This document shows positions 57,600 to 64,000 of a stretch of DNA of 64,000 nucleotides, in pieces. Source of the DNA: the human T2T-CHM13v2.0 reference genome, Homo sapiens. The DNA lies in the NCBI RefSeq assembly GCF_009914755.1, contig NC_060939.1; one strand, 5' to 3'. The notes under the pieces were generated by a model that saw only the letters and a program-made list of their open reading frames with translations, searched no databases and had not been told where the DNA came from. Made by a program: the position numbers and the translations under genes. The first letter of the stretch is position 1. The number at the start of each line of letters is the position of its first letter.

Positions 57600-60500
57600 C
57601 CAGTTGATATCGATCCATTCGATGCCATTCCATTTGGTTCTATTCCATTAGTCTCCATTCAATTCCATTAATCTCCATTCCATTCCATTCTACTCCAACT
57701 GATTCCATTCCATTCTATTCCTTTCCATTCCATTTCATTCCATTCCATTCCATTTCATTCCATTCCATTTCATTCCATTCCATTCGCTTCCATTCCATTC
57801 GTGTCCATTCCATTCCAGTCCATTCCATTTGTGTCCACTGCATTCCTTTCCACTCCATTCCATATTATTCCATTACACTCCATTCCATTCTATTACTTTC
57901 ATTTCCATTCAATTCCATTCCATTTGATTCCATTCCACTCGGTTTCATTCCATTTGAGTCCACTCCATTCCATTCCATTCCATTCCATTCAGTTCCATTC
58001 CATTCTGTTCCATTCCATTCCGTTCCATTACATTCCATTCCATTCGGTACCATTCCATATTGTTCCATTCGATTCCATTTGAATCCATTCCATTCCAGTC
58101 CATTCCATTCGATTCCATTCCATTCATTTCAATTCCATTCCATTCCATTCCATTCCACTTGATTCCACTCCATTCCCTTCCACTGCATTCCATTCGATTC
58201 CATTCCATTGAATTGCATTCCATTCCATTGGATTGCATTCCATTCGATTCCATTCCATTCAAATCAATTACATAGCAATCCATTTCATTCGAATCTATTC
58301 TATTCCGTTCCATTCGATTTCGTTCCAATGCATTCGATTCCACTCCATTCGATTCCATTCCATACTATTGCATTCCATTCGATTAAATTATATTCGAATA
58401 ATTTCCATTCAAGACCATTTCTTTTGAGTCCATTCTATTTGAGTCCATTCCCTTTGATTCCATAACATTTGAGTCCATTCAATTCCATTGCTTTCGTTTC
58501 CATTCCATTTGATGCCATTCCATTCAATTCTGTTCTACTCGACTCCAATACATTCAATTCCATTCCATCCGATTCCATTACATTCTTTTCATTTCTTATC
58601 CAGTTCAAGCCATTCCATTCCATTCCATTCCACTCGTTTCCTTTCCGTTCGAGTCCATTCCTCTCCAGTCCATTCCGTTCAATGCATTCCATTCCAGTCC
58701 ATTCCATTCCAGTCCGTTCCATTCCAGTCCATTCCATTCGAGTCAATTCCATTCCATTCGTTGTCTTTCGATAACGATCCATTCCATTCTATTCCTTTCG
58801 ATTCCATTCCGTTCTATTTCATTCCATTCGATTCCCTTCCATTGGACTCCTTTCCATTCGAGTGCATTCCATTCCGTTCCATTTCTTTCCGTTCTGTACG
58901 ATTCCTACCGTTCGATTTCATTTTGTTCCAGTCCATTCCTTTCGCGTCCATTCCATTCCATTTCACTCCATTCGATTCCATTCCATTCGATTCCATTCCA
59001 CTCGATTCCACTTCGTTCCTTTTCATTGCATTCCATTCTATTCAACTCTATTGCCTTCCATTCCATTCCATTCGATTACATTCCATGCGATTCCATTCGA
59101 AATCGAATCAATTACATTGCAATCCATTACTATTGAGTCCGTTTTATTCCAGTCCACTGCATTCTGGTCCATTCCATTTGATTCCATTCCATTCTATTCC
59201 ATTCCATACAGTTGCATTCCATTGGATTCCATTCTATATCTATAAATTCAATTCGAGACCATTGTTTTTGAGTCCATTCTATATGATTCCATTCCATTCA
59301 AGTCCATTACATTTGGTTCAATTCCATTCCATTCCATTCCCTTCCATTCCATTCCAGTTGATATCAATCCATTCGATTCCATTCCATTCGAGCACATTCC
59401 ATTCGAGTCCATTCCATTCGATGCCATTCCATTTGATTCTATTCCATTAGTCTCCATTCAATTCCATTAATCTCCATTCCATTCCATTCTACTCCAACTG
59501 ATTCCATTCCATTCTATTCCTTTCCATTCCATTTCATTCCATTCCATTCCATTCCATTCCATTCCATTCCATTCCATTCGTGTCCATTCCACTCCAGTCC
59601 ATTACATTCGTGTCCATTCCATTCCAGTCCATTCCATTTGTGTCCACTGCATTCCATTCCACTCCATTCCATATTATTCCATTACACTCCATTCCATTCT
59701 ATTACTTTCATTTCCATTCAATTCCATTCCATTTGATTCCATTCCACTCGGTTTCATTCCATTTGAGTCCACTCCATTCCATTCCATTCCATTCCATTCA
59801 GTTCCATTCCATTCTGTTCCATTCCATTCCGTTCCATTACATTCCATTCCATTCAGTACCATTCCATATTGTTCCATTCGATTCCATTTGAATCCATTCC
59901 ATTCCAGTCCATTCCATTCGATTCCATTCCATTCATTTCAATTCCATTCCATTCCATTCCATTCCACTTGATTCCACTCCATTCCCTTCCAGTGCATTCC
60001 ATTCGATTCCATTCCATTGCATTGCATTCCATTCCATTGGATTGCATTCCATTCGATTCCATTCCATTCAAATCAATTACATAGCAATCCATTACATTCT
60101 AGTCTATTCTATTCCGTTCCATTCGATTTCGTTCCAATGCATTCGATTCCACTCCATTCGATTCCATTCCATACTATTGCATTCCATTCGATTAAATTAT
60201 ATACAAATAATTTCCATTCAAGACCATTTCTTTTGAGTCCATTCTATTTGAGTCCATTCCCTTTGATTCCAAAACATTTGAGTCCATTCAATTCCATTGC
60301 TTTCGTTTCCATTCCATTTGATGCCATTCCATTCAATTCTGTTCTACTCGACTCCAATACATTCAATTCCATTCCATCCGATTCCATTACATTCTTTTCA
60401 TTTCTTATCCATTTCAAGCCATTCCATTCCATTCCATTCCACTCGTTTCCTTTCCATTCGAGTCCATTCCTCTCCAGTCCATTCCGTTTAATCCATTCCA

Positions 60501-63500
60501 TTCCAGTCCATTCCATTCCAGTCAGTTCCATTCCAGTCCATTCCATTCGAGTCAATTCCATTCCATTCGATGTCTTTCGATAACGATCCATTCCATTCTA
60601 TTCCTTTCGATTCCATTCCGTTCTATTTCATTCAATTCGATTCCCTTCCATTGGACTCCTTTCCATTCGAGTGCATTCCATTCCGTTCCATTTCTTTCCG
60701 TTCTGTACGATTCCTACCGTTCGATTTCATTTTGTTCCAGTCCATTCCTTTCGCGTCCATTCCATTCCATTTCACTCCATTCGATTCCATTCCATTCGAT
60801 TCCATTCCACTCGATTCAACTTCGTTCCTTTTCATTGCATTCCATTCTATTCAAATCTATTGCCTTCCATTCCATTCCATTCGATTACATTCCATGCGAT
60901 TCCATTCGAAATCGAATCAATTACATTGCAATCCATTACTATTGAGTCCGTTTTATTCCAGTCCACTGCATTCTGGTCCATTCCATTTGATTCCATTCCA
61001 TTCTATTCCATTCCATACAGTTGCATTCCATTGGATTCCATTCTATATCTATAAATTCAATTCGAGACCATTGTTTTTGAGTCCATTCTGTATGATTCCA
61101 TTCCATTCAAGTCCATTACATTTGGTTCAATTCCATTCCATTCCATTCCCTTCCATTCCATTCCATTTGATATCAATCCATTCGATTCCATTCCATTCGA
61201 GCACATTCCATTCGAGTCCATTCCATTCGATGCCATTCCATTTGATTCTATTCCATTAGTCTCCATTCAATTCCATTAATCTCCATTCCATTCCATTCTA
61301 CTCCAACTGATTCCATTCCATTCTATTCCTTTCCATTCCAATTCATTCCATTCCATTCCATTCCATTCCATTCCATTCCATTCCATTCGTGTCCATTCCA
61401 CTCCAGTCCATTACATTCGTGTCCATTCCATTCCAGTCCATTCCATTTGTGTCCACTGCATTCAATTCCACTCCATTCCATATTATTCCATTACACTCCA
61501 TTCCATTCTATTACTTTCATTTCCATTCAATTCCATTCCATTTGATTCCATTCCACTCGGTTTCATTCCATTTGAGGCCATTCCATTCCATTCCATTCCA
61601 TTCCATTCCATTCCTTTCCATTCAGTTCCATTCCATTCTGTTCCATTTCATTCCATTCCATTCCATTCCATTCGGTAGCATTCCATATTGTTCCATTCGA
61701 TTCCATTCGAATCCATTCCATTCCAGTCCATTCCATTCGATTCCATTCCATTCCTTTCAATACCATTCCATTCCACTTAATTCCACTCCATTCCCTTCCA
61801 CTGCATTCCATTCGAATCCATTCAATTGCATTGCATTCCATTCCATTGGATTGCATTCCATTCGATTCCATTCCATTCGAATCAATTCCATAGCAATCCA
61901 TTACATTCGAGTCTATTCTATTCCGTTCCATTCGATTTCTTTCCAATGCATTCGATTCCATTCCATTCGATTCCTTTCCATACTATTGCATTCCATTCGA
62001 TTAAATTATATTCGAATAAGTTCCATTCAAGACCATTTCTTTTGAGTCCATTCTATTTGAGTCCATTCCCTTTGATTCCATAACATTTGAGTCCATTCAA
62101 TTCCATTCCTTTCGTTTCCATTACATTTGATGCCATTGCATTCAGTTCTGTTCTACTCGACTCCAATACATTCAATTCCATTCTATCCGATTCCAATACA
62201 TTCTTTTCATTTCGTATACATTTCAAGCCATTCCATTCCATTCCATTCCACTCGTTTCCTTTCCATTCGAGTCCATTCCTCTCCAGTCCATTCCGTTCAA
62301 TGCATTCCATTCCAGTCCATTCCATTCGAGTCCTTTCCATTCCAGTCCATTCCATTCGAGTCAATTCCATTCCATTCGATGTCTTTCCGTAACGATCCAT
62401 TCCATTCTATTCCTTTCGATTCCATTCCATTCTATTTCATTCCATTCGATTCCCTTCCATTGGACTCCTTTCCATTCGAGTGCATTCCATTCCGTTCCAT
62501 TTCTTTCCGTTCTGTACGATTCCTACCGTTCGATTTCATTTTGTTCCAGTCCATTCCTTTCGCGTCCATTCCATTCCATTTCACTCCATTCGATTCCATT
62601 CCATTCGATTCCATTCCACTCGATTCCACTTCGTTCCATTTCATTGCATTCCATTCTATTCAACTCTATTGCCTTCCATTCCATTCCATTCGATTACATT
62701 CCATGCGATTCCATTCGAAATCGAATCAATTACATTGCAATCCATTACTATTGAGTCCGTTTTATTCCAGTCCACTGCATTCTGGTCCATTCCATTTGAT
62801 TCCATTCCATTCTATTCCATTCCATACAGTTGCATTCCATTGGATTCCATTCTATATCTATAAATTCAATTCGAGACCATTGCTTTTGAGTCCATTCTAT
62901 ATGATTCCATTCCATTCAACTCCATTACATTTGGTTCAATTCCATTCCATTTCATTCCCTTCCATTCCATTCCATTTGATATCAATCCATTCGATTCCAT
63001 TCCATTCGATGCCATTCCATTTGATTCTATTCCATTAGTCTCCATTCAATTCCATTATTCTCCATTCCATTCCATTCTACTCCAACTGATTCCATTCCAT
63101 TCTATTGCTTTCCATTCCATTTCATTCCATTCCATTCCATTTCATTCCATTCCATTCCATTCGTGTCCATTCCACTCCAGTCCATTCCATTCGTGTCCAT
63201 TCCATTCCAGTCCATTACATTTGTGTCCACTGCATTCCATTCCACTCCATTCCATATTATTCCATTACACTCCATTCCATTCTATTACTTTCATTTCCAT
63301 TCAATTCCATTCCATTTGATTCCATTCCACTCGGTTTCATTCCATTTGAGTCCACTCCATTCCATTCCATTCCATTCCATTCACTTCCATTCCATTCTGT
63401 CCCATTCCATTCCGTTCCATTGCATTCCATTCCATTCGGTACCATTCCATATTGTTCCATTCGATTCCATTCGAATCCATTCCATTCCAGTCCATTCCAT

Positions 63501-64000
63501 TCGATTCCATTCCATTCCTTTCAATACCATTCCATTCCACTTAATTCCACTCCATTCCCTTCCACTGCATTCCATTCGAATCCATTCAATTGCATTGCAT
63601 TCCATTCCATTGGATTGCATTCCATTCGATTCCATTCCATTCGAATCAATTCCATAGCAATCCATTACATTCGAGTCTATTCTATTCCGTTCCATTCGAT
63701 TTCTTTCCAATGCATTCGATTCCATTCCATTCGATTCCTTTCCATACTATTGCATTCCATTCGATTAAATTATATTCGAATAAGTTCCATTCAAGACCAT
63801 TTCTTTTGAGTCCATTCTATTTGAGTCCATTCCCTTTGATTCCATAACATTTGAGTCCATTCAATTCCATTCCTTTCGTTTCCATTACATTTGATGCCAT
63901 TGCATTCAGTTCTGTTCTACTCGACTCCAATACATTCAATTCCATTCTATCCGATTCCAATACATTCTTTTCATTTCGTATACATTTCAAGCCATTCCAT
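57600..64000 (+). repeat. More diverged HSat3 monomer subclade (two related pairs)
   Basis: Private SNVs are dense here ('ccaatgcatt', 'cgattaaatt', 'cattgctttcg', 'tctttcgataac', 'ttcgtatacatt'). There are 45-bp (~57620) and 30-bp (~63008) deletions and a 15-bp insertion (~58975, ~60785, ~62595). Pairs are 58469/60278 and 62087/63851. Confidence 0.75.

Larger units (their letters stand above)
1..64000 (+). repeat. Human satellite III (HSat3) array, degenerate (CATTC)n / (GGAAT)n, C/T-rich strand on +
   Basis: Every line is dominated by CCATT/CATTC pentamers with recurrent variants (CGATT, CGAGT, TGATT, CAATT, GCATT, ACATT, CCACT). Long pure CATTC runs occur and the HSat2 signature CATTCGATGATG was not seen. 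Orientation never changes. Confidence 0.97.
1..64000 (+). repeat. ~1.8 kb tandem monomer (~35.6 copies), probably D15Z1/HSat3A5 of chromosome 15p
   Basis: The landmark in 'ccataacatTTGagtccattcaatt' recurs at 929, 2738, 4542, 6341, 8165, 9938, 11737, 13541, 15334, 17142, 18946, 20750, 22554, 24308, 26112, 27916, 29720, 31474, 33223, 35007, 36821, 38609, 40403, 42212, 44000, 45794, 47603, 49412, 51245, 53078, 54936, 56730, 58469, 60278, 62087 and 63851. Most monomers have one GGTACC (e.g. 507-512), matching the known 1.8 kb KpnI repeat D15Z1. The periodicity is certain; the chromosome assignment is inferred. Confidence 0.75.

Noticed and set aside
156-63847. Hundreds of ORFs up to ~320 aa (HSIPF-rich on +, MEWNG-rich on -)
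   Set aside because: CATTC and GAATG repeats contain no stop codon in any frame, so such ORFs are expected by chance. They overlap in all frames, are freely frameshifted between copies and show no recognisable domain.
1-64000. CRISPR-like or other repeat-spacer array
   Set aside because: There are no unique spacers; the sequence between landmarks is itself repeated in every monomer, and no cas-like genes are present.
1-64000. Transposon insertion (Alu/L1/LTR), inversion or non-satellite island
   Set aside because: No poly(A) tail, target-site duplication, G-rich strand switch or stretch free of CATTC was seen, and landmark spacings leave no room for an insertion larger than about 55 bp.
1-64000. 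Alpha satellite/CENP-B box, telomeric repeat or canonical G-quadruplex motif
   Set aside because: There is no 171-bp periodicity, no TTCG-N4-A-N2-CGGG match noticed and no TTAGGG run. Minus-strand G runs are almost all only GG.

Overview
The whole 64 kb window is one uninterrupted, single-orientation array of degenerate (CATTC)n pentamers, i.e. classical human satellite III (HSat3). It is organised into about 35.6 head-to-tail monomers of ~1.8 kb (mean ~1798 bp, range 1739-1858 bp by landmark spacing). Most monomers carry a single KpnI site (GGTACC), which fits the 1.8 kb KpnI satellite D15Z1 (HSat3A5) of the chromosome 15 short arm; that locus assignment is an inference from recalled knowledge, not a search. 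I see no credible protein-coding gene, RNA gene, transposon insertion, inversion or CRISPR array. All supplied ORFs are the stop-poor translation of the pentamer (HSIPF / MEWNG). The informative content is array architecture: an ancient duplication inside each monomer, a net -1 pentamer phase slip per monomer, recent 4-monomer (7166 bp) and 3-monomer (5391 bp) tandem duplications, a diverged dimer at the start, a stepwise 25-bp expansion, variants shared over long distances, and a more diverged domain at the right end. I found no evidence for a new protein-based system here.
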